Source: Candidatus Woesearchaeota archaeon (lineage in GTDB: Archaea > Nanobdellota > Nanobdellia > Woesearchaeales > SKGA01). Taken from it: a DNA stretch of 64,000 bases. How positions within the stretch are numbered: the first letter of the stretch is position 1; the number at the start of each line of letters is the position of its first letter. Below the pieces are notes generated by a model that saw only the letters and a list, made by a program, of their open reading frames with translations, was not told the DNA's origin and made no database searches. The stretch spans positions 10,913-74,912 of the forward strand of contig JBKGYN010000002.1 of assembly GCA_046546105.1 (NCBI GenBank). The letters are read 5' to 3'. The translations under genes and the position numbers were made by a program. Below are positions 47,501 through 57,218 of this stretch, piece by piece.

Positions 47501-48450
47501 CAGCCGAAGATAACAGTAGTTGTGTCGATTATCTCTCTTTCGAGTTCGACGGTGGCGATGTCAGTATGACGCCTGAAGCGGTAGGTACATGTTATACTCG
47601 CTTCATTGCTACTGACCGCGATGGTGCCAAAGCCTATTCCAATAAGGTTCGCTTTGACATAACTGATGTTGAGGATTCTTCAAGCAGTTCCTCTACTTCA
47701 AGTTCCTCTTCTGGTTCTCAGACCGTGCAGCAGACAATCACCATTCCTCTTGAAGAGGAAGTTGATGTCCCTGAAGCTTTCGAGCTTATCATTCCTGGCA
47801 TTGCTTCTATCTATGAGAATGGTACTGTCGTCATCCCTCTTCATCTCAAGAATTCCTGGGAAGACTCGCTTGAATCTATCACGTTGAGCGCGAACGCTTC
47901 CTTTGAAGAGGATGTCGAATTCACCTTTTCACAGGATACTATTGATTCTATTCCTGAAGGCGGCAGTGTCGATGTCAATCTTACGATGTCGGATTATCGC
48001 TTTGAAGGACCGTTTGAAGTGAATGTCAGCGGTCATATCCAATCTCTTGATCACACTGACACGGCGACTATTTATGTTAACGCTCTTGAGAAAGCGCATG
48101 AGGATGTTGATGCAGTCAAGTCTCGTATCGGTTTTGCACGTGATCTCTTGAGTGAGAACTCTGAATGTCAGGAACTCAATGAGTTGCTTGATGAAGCTGA
48201 GGAGAAATCTTCTTCGGAAACGGTTAATTCTCTCGAGATGGTGAACAATGTCGTTAAAGGTTGTAAATATCTTATTAACAATGAGAAGAAACAGCCTTCT
48301 TCAGAAACCCCTAAGTCTTTTATGGGTCGGCTCGGCACGTATGGTGATGCTGCTTTTGATTTCAACAATCTCGGTACTGTGCTTGGTATCTTGTTCTTTG
48401 CAGCTTTTGTCATAGGGATTTTTACAGTTGTCACTTTGAAACGGATCTGA
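44599..48450 (+). CDS. giant (1283 aa) cell-surface protein made of cadherin-like repeats with C-terminal TM anchor
   Basis: Signal peptide; at least 8 repeats ending in x-N-D-(A/S)-P motifs (VSPVNDSPEF, ITNTNDAPVIF, VTNHNDAPLLN, VIDNNPPVIE, DVNRDPLF); many NxS/T sequons; poly-Ser linker; C-terminal LGTVLGILFFAAFVIGIFTVV; start codon uncertain (GTG 44599 or TTG/GTG about 35 nt downstream). Confidence 0.7.
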   Translation: MIALCSGGWCLLRVYYKSITVFVAVLLTLSLAVAISFSTQPHTSPDNVTVDTSFDCEFTPDADGLANVTWYVKRDSGSWEHWTADDISEQSVDAGETTSVSASNAASNTSKHENWLCEVTLYNATDSVTSNSTDNVTIINSLPDISYPESSVVIEHEEDEPYSEYAEASDPDGDDIVWTYAYGSHEPIDSSYSSDPFDFSIDPDSGLMSFEVTNESQAGNHTVDIIAKDNSGDGRVRTVVFDVSPVNDSPEFGTLEFDCEEYSECSGTIPATDEEGDSITYYSNISSFINLSSESGEYSFTPTREDVGILPATFNITDGGQMVSSTGFFNISATNLAPELSIIRNSSLLQNETSEPFVFIVNASDPDANDTLSFSVSTSCGLNPWNITKTVSHNATSDAQGLINVSFFDPATWNEQTSSSNDFVACRNVSLTVSDGLLSDTLNVTFNITNTNDAPVIFNQSHYASNGEQTDIHNLSGAKGLSFDYRVNASDPDMATYENDSLTFSISGANASLFSIDPSTGMINSDELNASGNLSFNVTVTDLNGLNYTETANISVIDNNPPVIESLDNGSCNETIPCLKFLNATDQENDNLTYHALNMSHFSPNGTLTEHVSGVADINDAFGIRIAYHNFTTGLPEGALTSYLLNFTPEDVDVGHYNLTFSFEDELGITDTAELVFNVTNHNDAPLLNTSSLEDAVIVEDVPFSQNVTASDPDLTYDLDNLSFSFNFTNSSDNISSYSFSKTNESAARFSFLPNNTHIGNHTVNITVTDTYNVTDNHIFNITVHEATRPPNITQVRPYYDAILNTTNTSSYDDPENDGVSEIDARENQTMRFDIDATDEDPMTITWYHNGSEVAEGSYSGPGSYPLDVTFGFFDNGTHNITAVVEDMYYSSSRYDWIVSVEDVNRDPLFLNPIEDYSFENNKSLSGYAKIFDFFRQRSDDIVFLDPDDDYNSNLKLDDEETNTLSFSAEDNSSCVDYLSFEFDGGDVSMTPEAVGTCYTRFIATDRDGAKAYSNKVRFDITDVEDSSSSSSTSSSSSGSQTVQQTITIPLEEEVDVPEAFELIIPGIASIYENGTVVIPLHLKNSWEDSLESITLSANASFEEDVEFTFSQDTIDSIPEGGSVDVNLTMSDYRFEGPFEVNVSGHIQSLDHTDTATIYVNALEKAHEDVDAVKSRIGFARDLLSENSECQELNELLDEAEEKSSSETVNSLEMVNNVVKGCKYLINNEKKQPSSETPKSFMGRLGTYGDAAFDFNNLGTVLGILFFAAFVIGIFTVVTLKRI

Positions 48451-48541
48451 TTATCCTGTGTTCATGAGATGTTTTCCCCTGCGTTATTTTTTTCTGTATT
48501 TCTTTGGGTTTTAGAACGAGCTGGACTGGTGTGTGTTTGCT

Positions 48542-49168
48542 TCATGATTTGAGCTTGTTGTATGCTTGCATCAGCTTATCATAGTATCGTTGCTTCTCTT
48601 CCTTGCTTAAGCTGTTGTAGTATTTCAGGGATTTATTGTATAATTCCTTCGCTCGTTTGGAGTTGTCTTCATGTTCTACTGCCTTGAGGAGCCTGAACAA
48701 CTCCTCTTTGGCCTCTATCTTGTCTGTTTCCATCTCGACCTTTCGCTTTTTGTGAAGCCCGAGCTTTGATAGGAATTTGACGAAGCTTGAAGTTTTTGCA
48801 TGGTGTTTGATAAGGAGGTCGATGATTGTCTTCAGTTCTTCAAGAAGCTCATGAAGTTCTTCTTGCGAGAACTTCTTGTTCGTATACTCCATCATCCCCA
48901 CGGTGGTGATGAAAGTCTTTAGCTTTTCATGATGCTTCTTATCGAGATATATCTTTTGTAATTCTTCAATGAGTTCTTCGTGCGTGAACTCATATTCCAG
49001 ATCGAGAAGCTCCTTGAAAAAAGTCTTGACAATACTATAGACTTCCTTCTGGTGGATATGTTGTTTTGATAAGGCGTGTTTTATCTTCGATTCTGTTTCG
49101 CCTCTGATAGCAATAAGGCTCTTTTTCTCTTCTTGCTCACCTTCTTTTTTTGTTGCCATCCTGTTCAT
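48542..49168 (-). CDS. hypothetical coiled-coil protein
   Basis: 208 aa, K/E-rich heptad-like sequence, no motif recognised. Confidence 0.4.
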   Translation of the reverse strand: MNRMATKKEGEQEEKKSLIAIRGETESKIKHALSKQHIHQKEVYSIVKTFFKELLDLEYEFTHEELIEELQKIYLDKKHHEKLKTFITTVGMMEYTNKKFSQEELHELLEELKTIIDLLIKHHAKTSSFVKFLSKLGLHKKRKVEMETDKIEAKEELFRLLKAVEHEDNSKRAKELYNKSLKYYNSLSKEEKQRYYDKLMQAYNKLKS

Positions 49169-49307
49169 TGTTAATACTTCAAGTGCTTTATAAATCTTAT
49201 CTTCTTTGAATCGCCATCAACCCCTTTTGCTGTGTGGTCCGTGTAGTTTTTCTTCTCCAGTGGTGTCATAAGCTATTTATATGTGCTGCTGCTGATATGC
49301 AGGTATT

Positions 49308-50357
49308 ATGGAAAATGGCGGTGTAGATGGGCAGACTACCCAAGTGCCGGCTGGTGAGATGCAGGATCTTGTTGACGAGCACACTCGAAAGAAAATCGAG
49401 AGTTACGCGAAACGATTCAAAGAAGCTCGCCAGGAAATCGGTAAGGTCGTGATTGGCCAGCATGACATGGTCGGTCTTCTTCTTGAGGCTTTGATCACGA
49501 ACGGCCACGTCTTGATCGAGGGAGTTCCGGGTATTGGAAAGACCCTTCTTGTGAGGACGTTATCTAAGATTATCGGTTGCTCATATTCCCGTATCCAGTT
49601 CACGCCGGACCTTCTCCCCACGGATATTGTTGGTGTAACGACTTATGAAGAAGGGAAAGGTTTTTTCACGATCAAAGGACCTGTATTCTCTAATTTCGTT
49701 CTTGGCGACGAGATCAACCGTTCTCCTCCTAAAGTACAATCTGCTCTCTTGCAGTCGATGCAGGAGCGCCAGGCAACAATCGGTAAGGAGACCTTTGATC
49801 TTCCCAGTCCTTTTTTTGTCATGGCGACCCAGAACCCTGTCGAGAATCTAGGTACGTATAAGCTTCCTGAAGCCCAGCTTGATCGTTTCATCTTCAAGCT
49901 GATGATGGAGTATCCTAATATCGATGAAGAGGAGAACATCCTTGATAATAACATGAGCCTTCAGAACTTTGATTCATTTGATGTGCATTCTATTTTCAAC
50001 CCTGATGAGATTATTGAGATCCAGGGTATTGCTAGGAAAATCCATATGGATGACAAGATCAAGCGCTATATTGTTCGTCTGATAGATGCTACCCGGTTCC
50101 CTCAAAAATACAACTTGGACCTTGCCTCGAAATACGTGAACTTCGGCGCATCACCGCGAGGAAGTATCAGCTTGTTCATCGCTTCGAAAGTGCGTGCTTT
50201 GACCAGTGGTAGGTGGTATGTCACTCATAAGGATGTCAAGGACCTCGCAGTACACGTTCTCCGTCATCGTATCCTCCTTAATTTTGAAGGTGAAGCTGAA
50301 GGTATAAATACGGCAAGTATCGTCAAGGAGATCACTGATAACGTTCCGTTGCTGTGA
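49308..50357 (+). CDS. MoxR-family AAA+ ATPase
   Basis: VIGQHDMVGLLLEALITNGHVLIEGVPGIGKT, sensor and lid regions typical of MoxR. Confidence 0.85.
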   Translation: MENGGVDGQTTQVPAGEMQDLVDEHTRKKIESYAKRFKEARQEIGKVVIGQHDMVGLLLEALITNGHVLIEGVPGIGKTLLVRTLSKIIGCSYSRIQFTPDLLPTDIVGVTTYEEGKGFFTIKGPVFSNFVLGDEINRSPPKVQSALLQSMQERQATIGKETFDLPSPFFVMATQNPVENLGTYKLPEAQLDRFIFKLMMEYPNIDEEENILDNNMSLQNFDSFDVHSIFNPDEIIEIQGIARKIHMDDKIKRYIVRLIDATRFPQKYNLDLASKYVNFGASPRGSISLFIASKVRALTSGRWYVTHKDVKDLAVHVLRHRILLNFEGEAEGINTASIVKEITDNVPLL

Positions 50358-50410
50358 GCCTGTTGGTTGTGCAGTCTTGATTTTCTGTACGTATCTGGGA
50401 ACAAGTTAAA

Positions 50411-51307
50411 ATGGCTGTCCGAAAGCTCAATATCGATTTCGACCCGCACCAGCCTAATCTTGAGATTGTCGGCCGTCGAGAGGTTCTTTCGAAGACTGTC
50501 GAGGGTAGTTGGGCTACCTCGTTCAAGGGTCAGGGTATGGAATTTACCGGATACCGTGCGTATACGTATAGCGATGATGCTTCTCTCATCGATTGGCGGG
50601 CGAGCCTTCGCGCTAAAGAGACCTTGGTTCGAGAGTTTGAGGAGTTCAAGAATTTCAAAGTGGTCTTTCTCCTTGACGTCTCTGACACTATGCTCTTCAC
50701 GACAACTGAGAAACTGAAAGCCGAATACGGCGCTGAACTCATATACACCTTATCCCAATCAGCTTCTCGTGCAGGTGATGCTATTGGTCTTGCGATGTAC
50801 AGCGATCGGCTTGTTGCCTCCGTGGAACCTTCCTTCGGTAAAGGTATTCGTTACCAGTTCCAGCGTCAGCTTGCAAACACTGAAAATTATGGTGGCAAGA
50901 AGGATTTCAAGAAGTCCTTGCTTGAGCTCAATTCGATTCTTTCCGATCAGGCTATTATCATTATCGTTTCTGATTTTCTCAGTCTTCCTGATGATTGGGA
51001 GCAGTATATGTCACTGTTGAGTATACGGCATCATCTTATGGGTGTGATGCTTAAGGATCGTCGTGATCGGGACTTGTCCGATGTTTCTGGTCAGTTCATG
51101 CTGCGCGACCCTGATCTTCCCGAGTCGAAATATGTTGATGTCAAGCATTATCAAAAAGAATATAAACATCAGGCGGAAGCTCATGAGATGTATGTTCGTA
51201 ACGTGTTCAAGAAACTTCATAGTGATTGCACTCTCATCATCAACGGTGAGTCTTACGAAAAATCCTTGACACGTTTCTTTGAACAACTTGCGCGTAAGAG
51301 TGGATGA
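50411..51307 (+). CDS. DUF58-family protein (vWA-like, MoxR partner)
   Basis: GxEFxGxR(x)Y...DD...IDW signature (QGMEFTGYRAYTYSDDASLIDWRAS). Confidence 0.75.
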   Translation: MAVRKLNIDFDPHQPNLEIVGRREVLSKTVEGSWATSFKGQGMEFTGYRAYTYSDDASLIDWRASLRAKETLVREFEEFKNFKVVFLLDVSDTMLFTTTEKLKAEYGAELIYTLSQSASRAGDAIGLAMYSDRLVASVEPSFGKGIRYQFQRQLANTENYGGKKDFKKSLLELNSILSDQAIIIIVSDFLSLPDDWEQYMSLLSIRHHLMGVMLKDRRDRDLSDVSGQFMLRDPDLPESKYVDVKHYQKEYKHQAEAHEMYVRNVFKKLHSDCTLIINGESYEKSLTRFFEQLARKSG

Positions 51308-52269
51308 CGATGTGGGGTGTGGAATTTGCAAGACCTGACTTTTTGTGGCTTCTTCTACTCATACCGCTCCTTGTCGCCTCGCATTTCTTTTTTCTCAAGC
51401 GAACCCAGACCAAAGCATTGCGCTTTGCTAATTTCCAGGCTATCAAACGGATTTCCGGACAGCGTTTTGTCACGAAAAACATCACGATCCTCGTGCTTCG
51501 ACTGCTGACATTCACAGTGCTCATCACCTCACTTTCTGGAATGACTGTCTGGTATGATGGCTTGCAGAATGATTTCGATTATGTTATCGCGATGGACACC
51601 TCCAGTTCCATGGTCAATTCAGACATCGAGCCGACCCGTCTTGGCGCTGCCAAAGAAGCTTCTATCACGATGCTTGATAACGTCGAGAGTTCTGCAGCTT
51701 TCGGTCTGGTGACATTCTCGGGAGTCACGTATGCTCGTCACCAGCTCTCTTCAAACACTCTTCCGATGCGTCTTGAAATCACTTCGCTTAACATCTCGCG
51801 CACCAGTGGTACCGATATATCGAGTGCTATCGTGACGGCCACTAACATGTTCCGCGATAATGATCGTGGTAAGGCTATTGTCTTGTTCACGGATGGTGTT
51901 GATACGGTGGGTGCATACATCGATGATAATGTTGAGCGTGCAGTCGATTACGCCCGGAAAAATAATGTCATCATCTATCCTGTGGGTATCGGCACTGAAA
52001 ATGCTCCTGTCGGTTATCTTCCTGAAAGCTTCAATCTCACGACCAGCATCGATAAGACGGGTCTTGATCAGGTGGCTAATGAGACTGGTGGTAAAGCCAT
52101 CTATCCTAAAACCTCTGATGAATTGCAGCAGTACTTTTCTGACTTCGACACTCGTTCGTCCGAATCGCGTATTCCTATAGAGTTGGAACGGTATGGTCTT
52201 ATGGCCGTCGCCATACTTCTTTTTATAGAGTGGATTCTCATCAACCTTGCCTTCAGGAGGGTCGTTTGA
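51304..52269 (+). CDS. vWA-domain membrane protein (BatA-like)
   Basis: N-terminal TM, MIDAS-like DTSSSM, C-terminal TM; overlaps the DUF58 gene by 4 nt. Confidence 0.75.
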   Translation: MTMWGVEFARPDFLWLLLLIPLLVASHFFFLKRTQTKALRFANFQAIKRISGQRFVTKNITILVLRLLTFTVLITSLSGMTVWYDGLQNDFDYVIAMDTSSSMVNSDIEPTRLGAAKEASITMLDNVESSAAFGLVTFSGVTYARHQLSSNTLPMRLEITSLNISRTSGTDISSAIVTATNMFRDNDRGKAIVLFTDGVDTVGAYIDDNVERAVDYARKNNVIIYPVGIGTENAPVGYLPESFNLTTSIDKTGLDQVANETGGKAIYPKTSDELQQYFSDFDTRSSESRIPIELERYGLMAVAILLFIEWILINLAFRRVV

Positions 52270-52715
52270 TGGTCGTGGGATTTCTTCAGGCTGTTGGTTG
52301 GTGGACTCCTGTCGTGGTCTTGTTCTCCATCGGTGTTTCCATGCTTCTCTCTCAACTGGTGAAATACATCATCGATCCATCGACCATCCGGACTCTTGGT
52401 CGTGATGGTGGCATGCCAAGCACTCACTCCGCAATCATCGGCTCTTCCTTGACCGGCATCTTCCTTGTTGATGGCATCTCGATGCTTTTTGTCTTTGCCT
52501 GTGCTGTTGGTATCATCGTGTTGCGCGACTCCTTCGGTGTACGTTTTGCTGTCGGTGAGAATGCTAAAGTGCTTGAACAGATAGCGCCTGATAAGTTTAA
52601 GGGAAGGGTGCGTGTTGATGAGGGTCATAAGCCTATCCAATTGGTGGTCGGTTTTGCTCTGGGAGTCCTTGTCGCTGTCAGTCTTGTTTTCCTTGCCGGT
52701 GCGAGTATATTTTGA
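52269..52715 (+). CDS. DUF212/divergent PAP2-family membrane protein
   Basis: GGMPSTHSA motif; 3-4 TM segments. Confidence 0.55.
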   Translation: MVVGFLQAVGWWTPVVVLFSIGVSMLLSQLVKYIIDPSTIRTLGRDGGMPSTHSAIIGSSLTGIFLVDGISMLFVFACAVGIIVLRDSFGVRFAVGENAKVLEQIAPDKFKGRVRVDEGHKPIQLVVGFALGVLVAVSLVFLAGASIF

Positions 52716-52724
52716 GGGATATTC

Positions 52725-53201
52725 GTGAAAGAATTATTTGATAAGCTTCCGCAAAAGACTGGTCCTGTCGATTACCTTATCGACACCTGTTTTTTGTTTT
52801 ATGTTCTTGAGAACCGTCTCGAAAAACGATTCGTCGAGTTCTGCAACGATTACGTTGTTGCCATATCTTCCTTTAACATTGAAGAATTTGTCCATCACCA
52901 CCATCATATGTCTCACGAGGTGAAGATCCGGATCCGTCATCTTCTCAATAACGGCTTATCGCTCTCGCGGCTTCCTGTCCCTGTCTCTCCGGGAAATCCT
53001 GAAACTGAAAAATGCTTTGTCTCATCTATTGATAATCACTTGCTTTCTATCATCCCTGATCCTTCTGACGCTGTCTTGTTTGCTGCAGCCTTGAAAGCAC
53101 ACGCAGGGGTTCTCACTCGTGACAAGCACCATCTTTTCACTACGGCTCTTGAGAATTATGCTGGTGAACTCGGTATTGTCGTGCTCAATACGTTTCCCTG
53201 A
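52725..53201 (+). CDS. PIN-domain nuclease (VapC-like), no cognate antitoxin evident
   Basis: YLIDTCFLFYVL (first acidic residue), ...VLTRDKHH (distal Asp); contains a natural HHHHH run. Confidence 0.55.
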   Translation: MKELFDKLPQKTGPVDYLIDTCFLFYVLENRLEKRFVEFCNDYVVAISSFNIEEFVHHHHHMSHEVKIRIRHLLNNGLSLSRLPVPVSPGNPETEKCFVSSIDNHLLSIIPDPSDAVLFAAALKAHAGVLTRDKHHLFTTALENYAGELGIVVLNTFP

Positions 53202-53254
53202 TTCTCTTTTGCTGCGATGATTTTATATATTATGGTTCTTTTTTTACCATTACA

Positions 53255-54385
53255 ATGATAAACATTCGTGATCCTATCTATCGTATCATCACCCTTGAAG
53301 ATGAATTCCTTCCTCTTCTCAATCATCCGTTCATGCAAAGACTTCGGGCTATAAAGCAGAACTCGATGTTATTTCACGTTTATCCTTCAGCAAAACACGA
53401 TCGTTTCTCGCACAGCTTGGGGACGTATTATCTCGCTCTCAAGCTTTCTGGAAACGGTCTTGTTGACATGACTGCAGATGAGAAACGTGCTTTCAAGCAG
53501 GCTGCTCTTCTTCATGACATAGGTCATGGTCCGTACTCTCACTCCTGGGAGAAACTCGTTGATGGTTTTGACCATGAAAAAATGTCTGTTCGCATCATCC
53601 GTGATATCTTTGGCCTTCCTGAAGCTGCAAAGATTGTTGGAGGATCTCACCGTCTTTCGCCCTTGCTTTCTTCGGTGCTCGATGTTGACAAGCTTGATTA
53701 CATGGCTCGCGATTCGTATTTTTGCGGTGTTGGCTATGGGGATACGGATGTCGATCGTATCATCGAGCACATGTTTGTTGAGGACGGTCATGTTGTCATC
53801 GACTCAAAGGTTGTATCCTCTGCAGAGCACGTGATAATGGGTCGGATAAGTCTATTCAGCTCCACGTATTACCACCACTCTGTGCGTTCGATGGATGCCT
53901 TGCTCGAAAAGATCTTTGCACGTGCCAGAACCCTTTATGCTGCGGGTGGTGACTTGTTTGTAGGTGAGCTTCTGAAAAAATGCTTTGAGAACGAGCTTGA
54001 AACTGACGATTTTCTTGCTGTCGATGATGCTCTTATCGACTATCATCTCAACAAGTGGAGATATTCTTCTGATACGATCCTGGGCGATCTGGTCACCCGC
54101 TTCCACTCTCGTAACGGCTTTAGCGCCTTGGATGCGAAGCGCTATGGTTTACAGGCTGATGATGTGCTGCCATTGCCTGATGGCTATGATGAGCAGTATT
54201 ATTTTCTTCTTGACACTATTTCCAAAAGCATCTATGAGAATGAGCTCTTAGTCAAGACTGCTGATGGTCGTAAAGTCCCTCTCTCGCATTATTCGCCTTA
54301 CGTTGCGAAGATAAATGATGTTCCTTTGCAAAAGACTTTCCTTGTTGGTCCCAAAGAAGTTTTTACAAAGCACAAACGAACTTGA
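53255..54385 (+). CDS. HD-domain dNTP triphosphohydrolase-like protein (dGTPase/SAMHD1 family)
   Basis: RFSHSLGTYYLA ... LLHDIGHGPYSH ... KLDYMARD motifs. Confidence 0.75.
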   Translation: MINIRDPIYRIITLEDEFLPLLNHPFMQRLRAIKQNSMLFHVYPSAKHDRFSHSLGTYYLALKLSGNGLVDMTADEKRAFKQAALLHDIGHGPYSHSWEKLVDGFDHEKMSVRIIRDIFGLPEAAKIVGGSHRLSPLLSSVLDVDKLDYMARDSYFCGVGYGDTDVDRIIEHMFVEDGHVVIDSKVVSSAEHVIMGRISLFSSTYYHHSVRSMDALLEKIFARARTLYAAGGDLFVGELLKKCFENELETDDFLAVDDALIDYHLNKWRYSSDTILGDLVTRFHSRNGFSALDAKRYGLQADDVLPLPDGYDEQYYFLLDTISKSIYENELLVKTADGRKVPLSHYSPYVAKINDVPLQKTFLVGPKEVFTKHKRT

Positions 54386-54408
54386 ATTCCGTGGTAGGGT
54401 TATTCTTA

Positions 54409-54884
54409 TGGTGATGAGAACCGAAGATGGGAAAATCGTGCTTTCGGGCGTGTGCATTGTCAACAAAGATGATGAAGTGTTGCTTTTGAGAAGAACGGAT
54501 CATGGTCATCTCGAAACACCTGGTGGAAAACTTGAAGAAAGCGACTGCGATGAGTTTGGCAGGAACGGTTTCACTGATGGTGATTTGCAGCGGTGTGCTG
54601 TCAGGGAGATGTTTGAAGAATTGGGTCAGGGTTTCATCGTTGAAGAATTCGAATCATTGGGCAGTCATTCGTTCACTCTCCCGGATGGAAAACCTGCTCT
54701 TGCGTACAAGTATCGTACTCGTCTTCTTTTCGGCACTCCTGATATCCGCGAGACTGATAAGTTTTCAGGTTATGAATGGGTGCCTGTAGTTTCCTTGCGG
54801 GATCGTGATGATCTTTCTCCTGACTTTGGCGGATTCATTCAACCATTGCAAGAACAGGTGCAAAAAGAAAAGAGTTCATCTTAG
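54409..54884 (+). CDS. Nudix hydrolase
   Basis: Nudix box GGKLEESD ... REMFEELG; start taken at MVMRTEDG after the HD-gene stop. Confidence 0.7.
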
Positions 54885-56011
54885 GATTCCACTGCATACC
54901 TGAGAAGTGCTGCAACGCGTCCCATGTCCCTGAGCTGGACACCTTCTCGTGTTTCCGTGCTGATTATTTCGACGCTGGTACTTACGTTTCCAGCTTCCTG
55001 CTCCAGCTCTTCTATGAGGTGTTCATCAAGATCTTCTGAAATCAGGATTGTGTCCACTGCTCCCATTGCAGTGAGTTTTTTCACATCATCGTAGCCGTAG
55101 GCCACGGTGTTTGCATCCTTTGCCAGTTTCTCGAAAAACCGTTGCATGATCTGCTTTTCCTGCACGACTTCCTCTTCTGCCAGGATATCTTCTGATTTCT
55201 CTAGCAATTCGTGAAGTCCGAACTCGCTTGTATAGGACAGGTCTTTGATGGCGAGGATCTTTCGCTTGAGTTGATCGGTAATATAATTGCCTTCTGCGAA
55301 GTTGAACTTGGTAGGTCCGGGACCGCCGATGATGATCCCTTGGATCTCTGTCTGGTTTTCAAGGAATTCTTCTTTCATGTGGTGGGCGATCCGTTTATAG
55401 AAATCGATAGCTGCTCCTTCGCGGAGCCGTTCGAATCGCTGTGCGGACTGACCTCCGGTCTTATGCTTTCCCGGAACTGAAGAGTGTAGTGTCTTGAGTG
55501 GGATGATGGTCTTCCCTTTGAGTATGGCGATACTTGCTTCTCGCTTGTCCATTGCCACAAGTCCGAAAATTATTTTATCATCGACAAGTTCTCTGAGCGG
55601 TTCAAGGACGAATTCCTTGTCGCAGCGGTATAAGTTCTGGTTTATAGGGATCGGTGGTTCGATGCTCCATACCTTGAAGTCCTTTTTTCCTTCTTGTTCT
55701 GAAGCATTTCCTGAAAACACGATAAGACCGTTTTCAGGTGTTTTCTTGAACGTTCGCAAATGTTGGATCATCTTCTCGAGACTTGCGATAACACTATCTC
55801 GTGTCTGCTTGCTCTTGATATTCGTTGCCGTGCCCTGTTCATCCTCGAGCTGGCCGATCTTGCTGTTTATATCGTACTTTGCAGGAACATAAACGCTGAT
55901 AAGTTCTGTGTTGCGTCCTTTTATCTGCTCCAGTTCTTTGATGAAATTCTTGAGGTGGAGCTTTTCTTTCGCTCCTATACGTTGCAGTTTGTCTGGTTTA
56001 TCTTCGCTCAT
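54881..56011 (-). CDS. prf1: peptide chain release factor aRF1
   Basis: NIKS motif (TATNIKSKQTR) and GGQ motif (GGQSAQRFERL). Confidence 0.85.
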   Translation of the reverse strand: MSEDKPDKLQRIGAKEKLHLKNFIKELEQIKGRNTELISVYVPAKYDINSKIGQLEDEQGTATNIKSKQTRDSVIASLEKMIQHLRTFKKTPENGLIVFSGNASEQEGKKDFKVWSIEPPIPINQNLYRCDKEFVLEPLRELVDDKIIFGLVAMDKREASIAILKGKTIIPLKTLHSSVPGKHKTGGQSAQRFERLREGAAIDFYKRIAHHMKEEFLENQTEIQGIIIGGPGPTKFNFAEGNYITDQLKRKILAIKDLSYTSEFGLHELLEKSEDILAEEEVVQEKQIMQRFFEKLAKDANTVAYGYDDVKKLTAMGAVDTILISEDLDEHLIEELEQEAGNVSTSVEIISTETREGVQLRDMGRVAALLRYAVES

Positions 56012-56119
56012 GCCTTATCAACAGAATGGTGTCTTGTTTATAAATCTTGGGACTCTTTCCGGGTATGATGGTGGATGTGGTTTCAAACCCGGCTCATGTG
56101 CCTCGGAACGTGGTCTTTC

Positions 56120-56626
56120 TCATTCTTGTTTGAGATCGAGGACTGATCGCTTGTCGGTGCTTATGAACTTGCCTGTCAGTGCATTTATCTTGCAGATGAT
56201 CATTGTGAATGATTCTGTCACTGCAGTGATGTTGTATGTCTGTCTATCGTCGATGACTTGAACGACTACGATGATTGTCTGGATACGTTCTTTTGGATGG
56301 TTCTCCTTGATGTGTTCTTTGACATTCTCTATTGCCCTTTCTGTTTCTATGAATCTTTCGGTTTCTGTGAGTTCGCTGATTGTCGCATCATCTTCTTTGA
56401 ACGCCTTTTCAAAACCTTGGAACTTGACCGGGTTGGTCGTAAACGTAGCGATATTATCTTGGCTTGGTGAGTAGAAGCCGATCTGCCATCCCTTTGTCTC
56501 ATTACCGTTCTTATCGAGTTGTGCGAAGCCATGTGCTAGATGGTGATCGCTGTGTTCTTTTGCAAACCCTTTGTATTCTTCTGATGCTGTGATTTCTTCC
56601 AGCTTCTTAGTGAATTCTTCAACCAT
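56120..56626 (-). CDS. hypothetical protein
   Basis: 168 aa, acidic, no motif recognised. Confidence 0.4.
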   Translation of the reverse strand: MVEEFTKKLEEITASEEYKGFAKEHSDHHLAHGFAQLDKNGNETKGWQIGFYSPSQDNIATFTTNPVKFQGFEKAFKEDDATISELTETERFIETERAIENVKEHIKENHPKERIQTIIVVVQVIDDRQTYNITAVTESFTMIICKINALTGKFISTDKRSVLDLKQE

Positions 56627-56632
56627 TGTATC

Positions 56633-57205
56633 TCACTCTTCCTCTCCATTATCATCATTTGTCGCAAGATCGTTCTGTTCCCCGAGAATATCGACAATGT
56701 TCTCTGCAAACGCCGTGGCCGCATGCGGACCGTTCGCTGTCACGATGTTGTTATCGACGATCACATCTTCTTTGATGTATGTGACATTATGCTCGTTGAA
56801 CATCGCTTTTGACTCTTCTGTTTCATACACGGTGGCGTGCCTGCCATCGAGCATATTGAAAGACGCAAGCACCATTGGTCCGAGGCAGATCGCTCCGATG
56901 ATTAATTTATTCTCTTTTGCCTCATAAAGGAGCGTTCCTAGTTCCTTATGTTCTATGAGGTTTGGGCTGTTCTTTCCTCCTATGATGATTATCGCTCTGG
57001 TATCATCATCGATAACTGCGTCCTTGATGGCCTTATCTGATTCCACTTCAGCGCCGAACATTCCTTTGCATGTCCCTTGTTTCGGGCTGAGTATGACTGG
57101 CTCATAAGGGGTTGGTTTGAAGACGTCGAGCGGTTCAAGCAGCTCTTCGTCTCGGAATCCTTCTTGAGCGATGACTAGATATATTTTTTCTCGCATTACT
57201 ATCAC
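56633..57205 (-). CDS. DJ-1/PfpI-family protein
   Basis: Nucleophile elbow AICLGP with flanking Rossmann-like pattern. Confidence 0.65.
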   Translation of the reverse strand: MIVMREKIYLVIAQEGFRDEELLEPLDVFKPTPYEPVILSPKQGTCKGMFGAEVESDKAIKDAVIDDDTRAIIIIGGKNSPNLIEHKELGTLLYEAKENKLIIGAICLGPMVLASFNMLDGRHATVYETEESKAMFNEHNVTYIKEDVIVDNNIVTANGPHAATAFAENIVDILGEQNDLATNDDNGEEE

Positions 57206-57218
57206 CTGTTTGGTTTTT

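Noticed and set aside
49308-52269. MoxR-DUF58-vWA (BatA) operon as a candidate novel system
   Set aside because: This is a well-known, widely conserved three-gene arrangement; recorded as features only.
52880-52900. HHHHH run in the PIN protein resembling an affinity tag
   Set aside because: It is internal to a chromosomal ORF with no vector sequence around it, so it is natural low-complexity sequence.
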